DNA of 63,605 bases, counting the filler, from Olpidium bornovanus S191 (lineage: Eukaryota > Fungi > Olpidiomycota): NCBI GenBank assembly GCA_017911155.1. It is 30 parts of 30 records of this genome, joined end to end, with 100 filler letters (N's around TTAATTAATTAA, not from the genome) between each part and the next. Parts side by side here need not be neighbours in the genome. Positions count along the whole stretch, not along the records: positions 43,638 to 44,999 come from JAEFCI010013515.1; positions 45,100 to 46,516 come from JAEFCI010012326.1; positions 46,617 to 47,721 come from JAEFCI010011895.1; positions 47,822 to 49,081 come from JAEFCI010007072.1; positions 49,182 to 51,287 come from JAEFCI010012923.1; positions 51,388 to 53,582 come from JAEFCI010007698.1; positions 53,683 to 56,261 come from JAEFCI010010077.1; positions 56,362 to 59,351 come from JAEFCI010000823.1; 22 more parts are not named here. One strand, written 5' to 3'. The position numbers were made by a program, and so were the translations under genes. The notes below the pieces were generated by a model that made no database searches, was not told the origin of the DNA, and saw nothing but the letters and a program-made list of their open reading frames with translations. Positions 44,775 through 56,439 of this stretch are shown piece by piece (position 1 is the first letter of the stretch; the number at the start of each line of letters is the position of its first letter).

Positions 44775-46616
44775 CTCGGAGAATTATGGCCAGGGTTTGG
44801 TTCCGGTTATGCGGAGACCCCCTTTGGCTGGTGGCGTCCCCGAGCGAGACCCAAGGCGCGCGCATCACACAAGTGGTCCATGGGTCCAAGCGTCATAATT
44901 TCCGCATTCCCTGCATTCCCTGCGGGACTACAATACAAGGGAGAAAAACGTAATGCAGGGTGTGCAAGTGAATCAAGAAGAAATGGGAGAATAGCTGGAN
45001 NNNNNNNNNNNNNNNNNNNNNNNNNNNNNNNNNNNNNNNNNNNTTAATTAATTAANNNNNNNNNNNNNNNNNNNNNNNNNNNNNNNNNNNNNNNNNNNNC
45101 CATGAAGGCTACGGAGTGGAACAGCGAATCTTTAATATTTTATTTTCCTTAGCGCGAGTGATATCTGTAGGTATTTGCATCTACACTACTAAATCTTGGA
45201 CGTCGACTGCTTCCGCCATACTTATGAGAACCAAACACCGGATAATTTTCGAGGCACACCAAAACTTCATTCCCCTCTCGGATCAAATGCCGCGGGGTTG
45301 TGTTGCATCCCACAACCTTGGCAAGAAGAACAGGGGACAGCTTCGGAAGTTGGTTCTGTGGGCGGGAAAAAAAAAAAAAAAAAGAAAGAGATTTTGGCCC
45401 GGTTTTGGCAGCATTCGATTCTCTCGGAAATCTTGACCGGTCTGGCTCTCGGTCGCGGCTACGTTACGCCGTAAAACCGCGGTTTTATCCCGCTGACCAT
45501 CACCTCCGATTGTTGGGATATGGCGGCTGGTGTGTGAACAAGACGTGGAAGGCTGGAGAATGTGAAATGCGCTGAACAAGTTGTAGGCTACAGATAAGTG
45601 AATTGAATGTGTGTGTGGGCGCGTGTTCTTCTGGTGTTCGCCCCGTCGTCACGCAGCCGGCCAAACAAAGCAGCAGCAGCAGCAGCCCGACAGGGTCGCG
45701 CCACCCTCGGCGGGAACCAGACGGCGCTCTCGCAGGCGCGCTGCTTCCGCGCTAACGGGCGGAACACAGACGTTTGGGCATGGGGAATACGCGCAGTCTG
45801 TTGACTAGAATTAGGAATTTTGTGGCAGGATTTGTACCTGCAATCTTGTATTCTTCAATCAACGACTGCAGTGGTCACGCTCTCGGCAAGCCGTTCGCAC
45901 ATAACGAAGCTAGAAGTGCTTTCCTTGCGCGCAAGCCGAAGTACGGCCATTCCAACCGGATAACTTGGAGCAATTGCCCCGGCAGCGCCGCCAGCTGCGG
46001 ATTGTCAGGCGACAAGCAAGGCCACGCTTTTGACTCCATCGCCTCTGGCAAGTGTGCTGGGAGGTCGGCGCTCGCTGCTACCAATTGCCACTAGCTCTCG
46101 CCGAGCTCATTTGTTATGCCGACCGCAATGTGTGACCAGCCATCAGCGACGCCACCTCTTTCAAACGGATGCGAAGAAATTGGAACCCACGGTCACATCG
46201 CAACATCCATTCAGAGGGTGGGCGTCCGTAAAAATTCCCTCCAGAAGCCGACCGAGCCCGGTCGCGGTCAGGAGCTAATGCCAAAGAAGCCCGGACCACA
46301 GAGTTCCCGGCAGTGCGAGCAAGGCTGACGCGGCGACGGCAGAGATAGTGAACGTATCGCTGCGAACAAGATGAGCACAAGCGGAGCGGCGAAATCTGCT
46401 GTATGTAAAATAAAAGTGTGGGGGTGTCTTTGTGCGGACGACAGATGGGTGGGCTGCGGGGGGGGGGGGGGGGGGGGGGGGGGGTTACCAAAAGGGGGGG
46501 CGGGGCCCCCCCCCCCNNNNNNNNNNNNNNNNNNNNNNNNNNNNNNNNNNNNNNNNNNNNTTAATTAATTAANNNNNNNNNNNNNNNNNNNNNNNNNNNN
46601 NNNNNNNNNNNNNNNN

Positions 46617-46994
46617 CATGATGGTGACGATTGCCCTTCTCCAAAACACCATAAACGCGTCCGGGGCCAGTCGGTTTGTCATCGACGGCTTCCCGCGGAC
46701 GATCGACCAGGGGCTGGAGTTTGAGGAGCAGGTCTGCCCGAGTCGCGCTGTCATTTACTTCGAGTGTCCGGAGGAGGCGATGCTTCGGCTGGTGCTGAAA
46801 CGCGGCGAGTCGTCAGGCCGCTTGGCCGATAATGCCGAGCCCGTCCGCAAAAGGTTTAAGTTTTTTTTGCCGAGGTCTCAACGTCGGTCGTCGACCATTA
46901 CGTCAGGGAGAACAAGGTAATCACCATCAGCTGCTTTGGCACCCCAGAAGAGATCCACCAGGAGATAAAAGGGACCGTCGCGCAAATTGTATAG
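46617..46994 (+). CDS. UMP-CMP kinase / adenylate kinase family domain, C-terminal half, apparent frameshift at a T8 run
   Basis: RFVIDGFPRTIDQGLEFEEQVCP..VIYFECPEEAMLRLVLKRGESSGRLADNAEPVRKRF. After the T8 run at 46861-46868 another frame continues FAEVSTSVVDHYVRENKVITISCFGTPEEIHQEIKGTVAQIV*. Confidence 0.85.
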
Positions 46995-49559
46995 AAACTG
47001 TGCACGGGACGGCCCGCGTGAAATAACATGTGTTAAAAGGCAAAAAATCCCGCAGCGCCCCGTAACCCCGCTCGGGATGTCAGCTCGAGGTCCGCGAGAG
47101 GTCACAGCCCGCGTTTGTCTGGCAAAGAATCAAAGAGAAATCAGCTCCCTCCGACCATCCTCAAAACAATGCGTGTAGGCCGCGGTTATGGAGCTGGGCG
47201 GAGCGCCGCGCGGCATGCCCTTTCCCCGCTTCCGTACCTGGGGCGCGGCGTCTGCTCCCCTCCATCGTACGCACGAGCCAGCTCCTGCGCGAACGCCGGC
47301 AGAGGAGGTCTGGCCCGTGGCAAACGCCGGGTCCAGCTGCGCCTCCCCGGTGATAAATCGTCTCCGCGGCAGCTCGGCGGCGAAAAGTCCCGGCCGGTAA
47401 AGGGGAGCCGGGGAAATTGCACGACGAGATTAGCGTCTCGCGCACCGCTTTCCCACGAGCGGCCTTCCGCCGCGGCTATCTCGTTCCGCCGCGCCCGGGT
47501 GCCCGGCCGGGATAAGTAAGCTTGCGAGACGCGGTTTTGCAGTCCCGGGCGGAATCTGCACGCTGTGCGCCGAGGGCGCAGGCGGACGCAAGAAACAGCG
47601 GTTCGGCGCCGCGCGTACAAAATCAGTTATCCAATGAGTTTGTTTTGCCGTAGGATGAATGGCTAATTCACGACCGTGATCTTTTTCCTTGGAGATCAGA
47701 TGTTACCAATGCAAAGGCATGNNNNNNNNNNNNNNNNNNNNNNNNNNNNNNNNNNNNNNNNNNNNTTAATTAATTAANNNNNNNNNNNNNNNNNNNNNNN
47801 NNNNNNNNNNNNNNNNNNNNNAAAAAAAAAAAAAAAAAAAGCAAAAAAGGAGACAAGTCTCTAGTTGGTTTGTGAGCGGAGGTACGCCACGGTTTCTCCT
47901 TTCAGTCGTTTTTGAACAGGGACGCTGACTTTGCACCCTCCCTTTGTTTGCTGACTTTGTACCCTCCTCTGTCGCTCCGTCCGCGTCACGCCCGCTTCAG
48001 TCCTGTCGTGAGGGCGCTCGAGCGATTTGACGCGTCTGCGTCGCCCAACCGAACTCTCCGCCGCTTCCCGCGAACCAGAAACCGGTTGCGCCTTCTCCCT
48101 TCCCCCCCCTCGTTGGCCCCGATCAATCCCCGCCGAGGAATGTGGCCGACACCGCGCGCGTCACCGCTGCAGGCTGCTAACGTGCCGTGAACTCGGCGCG
48201 CGTGCGCGCCAGCCGCTCAAGGGGCTCGCGGCAAAGAGCCAGCCACTGTATCGACGACATCCTCACCGGCCGCGTCAGCCCCCGTCGGATCAGCAGCCAC
48301 TGGGTGGTCAACATCGTCGTACTGCATATTGTCTTCAACGAAGACGGACGGCAGCAGCCCTGCCAATGCCGCCGACGCGCCACTCTCCCGAGTTATTTGA
48401 CTCGTCCCCACACTACCCCGCCCCGTTAGGCCCACCAAATGACACCTCACTCACCCTTCCAGACCGGGAGCGCCTTTGCGGGGCTGCTGACAGTCGTCGG
48501 CCGTTTCCGTTGATATAACAGGCAGTGGTGGGTGTCCCGCCGGAGGCAACTGTCCGCGGCCGTCGCCGGTGCGGTGATCGCTCAACCTCATACTGCCGAC
48601 GCCCTTCGTCGACCGGCACACCGAAGCGGGAGTTTCCGCCTCCCCGTCGCCGCGCCCTGCGCTCTCACATGCCCAAGTCTTCTCTCCTCCGATCGCGCCG
48701 TCGAAGCCGACGGAGGCCCTAGCCTTTGACGAATCCTCGGCGGGTGACAGTCGGGGTTTACCTCTCTGACAAGCGACGACGAACCGGACGTTGAGTAGGC
48801 CGCTCGGGTTCCTTTGGTGTGCGCCGTTGAATATGATCTGCGTCTATTCTCCGGCCGGTCTTGTTTTTTATACGCACAACGAAGGTAAAATAGTAACTAC
48901 CCTAATCCACGCCCACCTAACCCTTCCGGTGCCACCGCCGATGCACCCTCGTTTAACCAAGGTCACGCTCGACGCGTCCATCGACACTCTTCGCCGTTGC
49001 GCCCATAACTGCCCACGTTGACGCTGCAAAGCTCTCTGGCCATCCTGACTGCACAACGGTCTGGTGGCACAAAAAGGCATGNNNNNNNNNNNNNNNNNNN
49101 NNNNNNNNNNNNNNNNNNNNNNNNNTTAATTAATTAANNNNNNNNNNNNNNNNNNNNNNNNNNNNNNNNNNNNNNNNNNNNCGCATCGCGCAGATTAACA
49201 ATACACTTGTTACACCATTCCTGGGATGGGCAAAGGCTCATATATGCCATCAGCGCTGTGCCGTCACGATCAGATTCGCTGCTGTCGTCCTCGTAGTCAT
49301 GGCCTTTTCCCACATTTGCGCTCCCCTTGTCGTGCTCCTGCGTTTGTCTCCCATCTTTCTCCTTCTTCCGCCTCCGGTGGCATTCGGCCGAGATGTGTCC
49401 CTGCTTCCCGCAGTTGTGGGGTTGCGTGTTTGTACGTTTCCTGTTTCTTCTCTGCTTCCCCAGCTCGGGTTTCCGCCTCCGATGCGGCGATTCTTTTAAG
49501 GTCCTTTCTTTTTGCCAGAGAACATGGCGCCACCTTCATCCTCCGTTGCTTCGAGCCTG

Positions 49560-50123
49560 CGGCGGCGGGCGTTGGCATCTCGTAGGATCAAGACGGATTC
49601 TCCAAGTGAGGGCGTGACCCACTCTTTGGTGTAACTATCGCGACGAGTTCTGCTTTCAAAAGCGTCGATTGTAGTTTGGAATAAATGTATGCATCCCAAT
49701 CGAGATCACGTCCCAGGTTTCACGACGTCCCAGGTTTCACGCTCCCACGCAAAGAACAAAGTGGTCGAGAGTCTCGGTGGGATCCATTTTTGATGCGTAC
49801 AGGAGGCCTTAAGGTGGAATCTCGCCCCGCTGCCGACGTCCTCGAAGTGGGCCCGGAGCGCTTCCCATGCTTCCTGGGCAGACCCGGAGTCCAGCCCATT
49901 TAAGACGTGTTTATAGAGGTCAGATACGTGTAGGTTTATCTCGCCATATGCCTCTCCGTCACGACGGTCCCAGTCAAGTTGCGCGCTGCCAAGCGTTGTG
50001 GGGCGTGGCTCGTGGCTCCCGTTCACTGACGATGATCCACTTGCCTCCCCGCATGAGGACTGCCTTCATGTTCGCTTTCCATGAAATCCAGTTGTTTTCA
50101 AGGGCTGAGGTGGAGTCCTCCAT
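49560..50123 (-). pseudogene. Degenerate Ty1/Copia gag related to the element at 28016-29775
   Basis: MEDSTSALENNWISWKANMKAVLMRGGKWIIVS / DWDRRDGEAYGEINLHVSDLYKHVL..EAWEALRAHFEDVGSGARFHLK aligns with EDNWRSWKVCMRAVLQRRRLWLIVS / DGEALGEIVLHVSDLYRHLL..HFENTASSARLDLK. Frameshifted. Confidence 0.85.
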
Positions 50124-50212
50124 GCGCGCAAGCGGTGGGGTTAAGTGAGCGCTCGAAGGCTGAGGTAAAGTCCTCCATGCGCGCCAGCGGGGGGGTTAAG
50201 TGAGCGCTCGAA
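50103..50212. repeat. Tandem duplication, 2 x 55 bp, spanning the gag ATG
   Basis: ggctgaggt..agtcctccatgcgcgc.agcgg.ggggttaagtgagcgctcgaa at 50103-50157 and 50158-50212. Confidence 0.9.
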
Positions 50213-51895
50213 GGGTGCTTTGGTTTTGGAGAGACAGGCAGAAGGATGGCACTTGCCGGCAGTCTGCAGCCCGATCAGGTTATGACGCACCCTATTGCAG
50301 ATATATATGAGACTCAAATATGCACCCAAGTTTGAGCAGAATATAGTGCAGAGCTAAAGACCACCGGAGCCCAGAGCCAGTCCCTTCCCGCTAATTGACA
50401 AAGACCGGGTGATAACGCGCGAACGCCGCCATGGTCGCATGACCATAAAAGAAAGGAAAGAAGGAATGGGGAGGATGGGGAGGGGTGGAGGCCAAGGACG
50501 GCCATGGTCAGCCCCGTCCCGCTAGCTTCAAAAGGACCCCAACGAAAAATCCCAACGCCACTTAGGTCCGGTCAGCCCTCGCTGAGATCCAACAGTTGAG
50601 GGAGGGTGGCGGCGGAAGGTGGCGTTGTGCCGGGTCTGCCCGGTTCTGCCCTACTTCCGCCGTTCCATGCATCAACGCTGCCTTGGAAGGAAGGACGGAG
50701 GGAAGAAAAGAAGGGAGGAAAGGGGGAAGCTTTTTTTTGCGGCCGCCGTAACGAAGAGGTGGCGGCGGTGGATGTGTGGCGGCCGACCGGCTCCCGCCGC
50801 CCTTTCTTCCTTCCATTTTTCCTTGCGTTCCTTGCATCCCGCGCGGCCTTTATTCTTCTCTTTCTTTTTCGTTTTGTGTTCCGGCGGCGTTGTGCCGGGT
50901 CCGGCCTATAGGAGAATATTGGCGTTTGGCGCGCGGCGGCTGACCGGCTGACCTTTTCCATTTTTCTTTAATTTTTTTTTTTTTTTTTTTTTTCTTGAAC
51001 CGCAACGCAACACACATTTTTTTTAATTTTTTTTTTTTTTTTTCTTGAACCGCAACGCAACACACAACACAAACGTCGCCCCACCCCCCGACGCAGGCAT
51101 CAGGAAGAAAGGAAGGAGAATCAGCCGCTAAAAATTAGAATCAACATAAACTAATTTACGCTACGGCATGAAGGAAGATTTGGCACACGACCAGCGCGTG
51201 GGCCGCTCCATTTTCTCATTTCGGGGAAGATCTGACGCGCGACCAGCGCATCGGCCGCTCCGTTTAGTCAGTTCGGGCTAATTGCCGNNNNNNNNNNNNN
51301 NNNNNNNNNNNNNNNNNNNNNNNNNNNNNNNTTAATTAATTAANNNNNNNNNNNNNNNNNNNNNNNNNNNNNNNNNNNNNNNNNNNNAATGAAAGGACAG
51401 GGGAAGCGCCGGGGATGAGAAAAACCGACGACGTACAGCTATACAGATCTGTCCTCAAAACAACGTTAAATAGAGAAATAAAAGGCGGAAGGAGAGGAGG
51501 GGAACATGGCTAGTTGGTGTGTGTGTGTGTTTGTGATTATGTGTGTGCGCGCGGGAGGAGGGAAAACATGTTGCATCAACCAGACGAAATGAAAAAAAAG
51601 GAAAATTAACGCGCGAAGCCATAAAAAAAGCAAAAACAGGATGATGGTATATATTTGGCGGTGAACGCGGCCGAAGAGTGTAAGGTTTCCGGGAGAAAGG
51701 AAGGGCTGGGAAAAAAAAACAATCCCAAATCCCCGGAAACAAGCGAGTCCCCCTGGAAATGGCCAACCGCGAGTCGTCAACTACCTTCGCGCCTATTGCC
51801 GGGCGTGGTCGGAGGGTCGCACCGGGCGACTCGCCGCATTTCTTTTGCCGAGCGTCGAAGATGGGGGGGGGAAGGTTGTTGCGCGCAACAGACAG

Positions 51896-52742
51896 TCACG
51901 ACGAGGCGGCGGCGGTCGGCAGTGAGTACGGCGGCGGCGGGAGGTCTGTAGCTTCGAGCTCGACGTCGGCCCGAGGGACCTCGACGACTTCCATTTCCTC
52001 CCCGTCCGTGACTTGTATGACGACGCGCTGCGAAAAAGGCGGATATTTAGGGAAAAAATCAAACGGTTTAACAGATTTTTAAATGATTTCGGCGATGCGG
52101 CCTGATCTCTATCCCTGATCTCGCAGAAACGGAATCTCTTTTTCTCCCAGAGCCCTCGGCGGGACTGACTGACCCATGGGATATTCGGATGCAGCCACGT
52201 GCCGCGGCATTCCTTTGCCTGCTTGAGCGTCCACTCTATGCCGACCAGATTGTCCGTGCTGTTGAACTCTTCGATCAGCCCACTGATTTCCTTGTGTATC
52301 AATCCTTGGCGTCTCTGGTACTGCAAAGAATAAAAAAAATGGTTTTTTTTTAGAAAAAACGCGCGAAGCATGAGCGGCCCATAGCTTTCGTCGGTTTCGC
52401 GGGCATTTTTGCCGATAACGATCCCGCTTCTCGCGTACGTTCCTTCCTCCCACCCCCTCACCCTCTCTCCCCCTCCTCACTCACCTGCACGCCGAAAAGG
52501 AGGAAAACGCCCGCCAGCGCCGCCAGCGCGCTGGCCAGGAACGCCAGGAACCACGGCGCCGGCACGGACGACTGGGTCTTCGCCTCTAGCACGGCGGCCT
52601 CGACCAAGACGACCGCGATGATGACGAGCGAGAGGAACGCCACCGTCCGCAGCTGCGCCGCCCGGCTCAGGGCGTGGGACTGGCGCGCCGCCGCGTTGAG
52701 AGCCCGCATCCGCGTCGCAAAGACCGGCGGGCTCATCTCCAT
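51896..52742 (-). CDS. Hypothetical two-TM membrane protein with C-terminal PPPY motif
   Basis: Exon 1 has two hydrophobic helices (TVAFLSLVIIAVVLVEAAVL; WFLAFLASALAALAGVFLLFG). Middle exon(s) ..HKEISGLIEEFNSTDNLVGIEW.. Last exon RVVIQVTDGEE..DLPPPPYSLPTAAASS*. Exon chain partly inferred. Confidence 0.55.
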
Positions 52743-53422
52743 TTTTTTTTTCCGATACAAAAAAAAAACCACTTTTTATCTCCCGACCCTAACTCAACCC
52801 GCGTCCCCCCCCCACCCCCCACACTCATCCCGCCAACGCCAACCGCAACCCTGTGACCCCTAAACAACCCCACAAACCGAGAGACACCCACCCTGAGTTC
52901 AAGTTCGGGACGGTATTGATCCTGAGGGTTGTGCGTGTGCGTGCGTGCGCGCGCGTGTGTGTGAGTTTCGGCGGCTGACGTCACGGACCACACGGGAGGG
53001 GGTGAGGACTGGGGGGGCAACGGCCGGCCACACGCACCGGAAACTTTGGCGGCCTGAGCAGCGGGTTGTAGGTGAGCGTGACTGTTGCCATCCGCCTTTT
53101 TCGCCCCCCCCCCTCCTCCCACCCACCCCCTGCTCCCTCCCCCCGCGCTTGTCTTCGAGCGTCGCAAAACGAGGGCCCCCCGGAGAGAAGAGACGCAGAG
53201 CGCGCCCTAGACCGGTGGGGGCGGGCGGGGGGATCGCGGGCGCGGGGAGGAGCCCGGGTGACGGCAGTTGCGCGAGACGGGAGCGGAGGAACGGGGCGGG
53301 GGGAGGTGGGCGGGCGAGAGAGGAGAGATAGGGAGCGGGGGAAGGGGAAAACGGGTTAGGCAAAAACGGTTGGGGAAAAGGGAACGCGCCGCCCCGCGCG
53401 GGTTTTTGTCAAATTCTGTTCC

Positions 53423-53457
<35 letters not shown>

Positions 53458-53507
53458 GACAGACGGAAAGCAGCGGCGAGTCGGTCAAGGCGATTCACGC
53501 CGAGGGC

Positions 53508-53582
<75 letters not shown>
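53508..53582. repeat. (GA)n microsatellite at contig end
   Basis: More than 30 GA units ending at the linker. Confidence 0.92.
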
Positions 53583-54731
53583 NNNNNNNNNNNNNNNNNN
53601 NNNNNNNNNNNNNNNNNNNNNNNNNNTTAATTAATTAANNNNNNNNNNNNNNNNNNNNNNNNNNNNNNNNNNNNNNNNNNNNCATGCCATCCTCAAAACC
53701 CCACACGGGGGATCGTGCAAGGCATCAAAGCCAAGGGCAAACCGTGAGCGTTGTTAGCAAAAAAAAAAAAAAACCGGCGAGCGACCAACGGGATTTGCGC
53801 AGAACAGCCGACGTGGGGTTTTCCAAAGCGCAGTTGCTCCGGAAATTACGCACCAGGAATTTTTTTTCGAATTTCTCGGTTCGCGCTTATGTCGACAGGA
53901 CCACGCGGGGAACAGGACGTCCCCCCGATGTTGTTAAATTTGTTCAGGTGGGTGGGTTTTTTTTTTACCAATTATTTTCCAATCACGGGCAATCGTGGTT
54001 TTCAGCACCCTACGCGCGTTGCCGTTCTTCTGATAAGTTTCTTGGTGCCCTGTTACTGCAATGTCTGGACAAAGTTAGGCAGCACTCGGACACATCCGTA
54101 AAATTATATGCACTACTGTACGATCGTGCAAAATCACAGCCAAGAGAACAGGCTTGGCAGAATCAGTGAGAACCGGATACGCTGCTTTTTGAGCCTGACT
54201 CTAGTTTGATGGTGTGGAAAGACATAGAGGGTGAACTGAATGAAAACGTCAAGGTGCTCGTATATCATGCTCATCCAGACACCACAAGCCAAGGCAGGGA
54301 CTGGACACGTCAAATATCCTGGGTTAGCTCACTGTGGTGCTGGCCTACAAGGCCAACTCTCAGTTAGTCACGTTGAGAGTGAGAGAGAGAGAGAGGAGAG
54401 AGAGCGCAGAGAGAGAGCGGAGAGAGGGCGGAAAGAGAGATACCCGCCGTGGGTGTGCGTGTGCGTGTGCGGGGGTGGTTGGGGAGCGACATCGGGGCAG
54501 AGGCGAGACGGAGCTCCCCCGGCGGGACGGACAGCGCCTCCCCCACGCTTCAACCGGGCGGGGGGAAGGGAGGGGGGGGGGGGGGGGGGCCAAACGCGCG
54601 GCCAAAAAAGAAAAAAAAAAAAAAAGCGCTTTTCCTTCTGACGGCGCCCGTCACCCGGCCGGAGCGCAGAGCCGAGAGAAAGAGAGTGGGAGAAAGAGAG
54701 AAAGAGAGAGCGGAGAGATTACCGGACAGCG

Positions 54732-56029
54732 ATGGCCGGGCGCGGGACGCCGACGCCACTCCACCCTCTCCTGCCGGACCGGGACAAACCCGCGGGCGGC
54801 GCGCCGGCGCCGGCGCCGGCGCCGCCGAAGAGCCGGCTCGACCGGAAAACGCCGTCCCTTCCTCCGGCGGCAGCGCCGCCGGGCGGATCGCCCGCCTGGT
54901 CGGGCGAGCGCACGGGCTCGCCCGGAGAAACCAGCAGGTCGGTCATCCTGCACACCGTGATCAAGGAGGACACTCTCGAAGGCATCGCGCTGCGGTACGG
55001 GATCGAGGTACGGCCGCCCCCCCCCCCCCCCCCACACACATACCCAAGGTGGCGGGCGGGCGGGCGGGTGACGAGGAGCGGTGCTTTTTCCTGTGTGTAT
55101 GGGGGAGGGGGCGGGGGAAGGGGCTTCCACGACGTCGGCCATCGGGGCCTCCTCCTGATCGGCCTCTTCCCTTCCCCCTACCGGGCCCTCTCCTTTCGCA
55201 GGTCTCGGCGCTGCGGTCCGTGAACGGCCTGTGGCCGCACGAGTCCGTTCGCTCGGCCGGACGGAAGCACCTGTACGTCCCCGTCGGCCTCTGCGCGCAC
55301 CTCTGCGGGGCCGATGCGCTGGACGCGGGCGGCGGGAACCTCGGGGGCGCGGCGGTCGTCTGCAACAGGTCGCTGGCCTCGCCGCCGGCGGCGGAGCCGC
55401 TGTTTCGGGACCCGCAGCGGCCGTACGGGTCCGTCGCGGAGGCCGGCATCGCGCTGTACGAGGAGCTGGACTCGCGGGAGCGCATGGCCGCGCCGCCGTT
55501 CCGCAGGGCCTCGCCGCGCCGGCCGGGGGGCGAGGGCCCGGCGTTCTGGTCGCCGGCGTCGTCCGCGGCGCCGTCGCAGCGCAGCTCGTTCGACCAGGAC
55601 AATGACGGCGGCGGCTGGACGGCGGCGTCCGGGAAGTCCTCCCCGGCGACGCTGCGGACGCCGCCGCCGGCCTCCGCTTTGCTGGCGGCGGACGCGGCCG
55701 TCTTTGTCCCGGTGCAGGTCGTGCCGCAGCGGCAGCTGTCTTACTTCCCGGGCAGGTCCGCGAAGTCCCAGACCCCGCCGCCGACGACGCCGCCGCCGCC
55801 GCCGGCACGAGAGCCGCAGCAGCCGCTGCCGCCGCAGTCCCGGCGCCAGTCGCCGGCGGCCGTTGCAACCGGGCAGCGCCCGGCGTGGGCCCTTTTGTCG
55901 AGGGTGGCTTCGGCCGTCTCCCGCCGGAAAAGCGAGGGCTTTGCCGCCGTCTCCCGCAAGAAAGGCGAGGGCTCCGCGGCGGCCGTCCAAGACGGCACGG
56001 TCGAGTTGCAAGTAATGAGCGGCCCGTAG
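54732..56029 (+). CDS. LysM domain-containing protein without signal peptide (about 367 aa)
   Basis: join(54732-55007, 55202-56029): HTVIKEDTLEGIALRYGIE | VSALRSVNGLWPHESVRSAGRKHLYVP, a LysM motif. The rest is Pro/Ser/Ala-rich. Confidence 0.85.
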
Positions 56030-56361
56030 CATTGCCGCTTCTTCCTCACATACCGTCTGCCCCTTGTTCACCTCCCTCTTGTATTAAGTTTTGGTTTCGG
56101 CCCCGGCGCAACCATAGGGCGCCTCCCGTTCCTCTCATCCCGCTCCCCTCTCCCCCGCTTACCCCCCGCGCGAATCCAGCGCGTCATAATCAACAGCATC
56201 GAGCATTTCTACTCCACGTTTTGTACCTGTACACGCCTTGCGGCCATTGGTAATTTCCATGNNNNNNNNNNNNNNNNNNNNNNNNNNNNNNNNNNNNNNN
56301 NNNNNTTAATTAATTAANNNNNNNNNNNNNNNNNNNNNNNNNNNNNNNNNNNNNNNNNNNN

Positions 56362-56408
<47 letters not shown>

Positions 56409-56439
56409 GGCCCCCCCCCCCCCCCTACCCTGCGTCCCG

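Noticed and set aside
45100-49081. Assorted ORFs in contigs 21 and 23 and the distal part of contig 22
   Set aside because: No motif, splice chain or repeat structure that I can support; some may be decayed transposon sequence.
50276-50594. PBS-like CAGGTTATGA at ~50276 and a possible TGTTGG LTR start at 50594 for the gag relic
   Set aside because: The PBS-like word is in the wrong orientation relative to gag and diverges after 8 nt. No matching LTR end was found.
54000-54340. Protein-like frames upstream of the LysM gene (..WKDIEGELNENVKVLVYHAHPD..)
   Set aside because: Could be a retroelement integrase relic, but too little motif remains to call.
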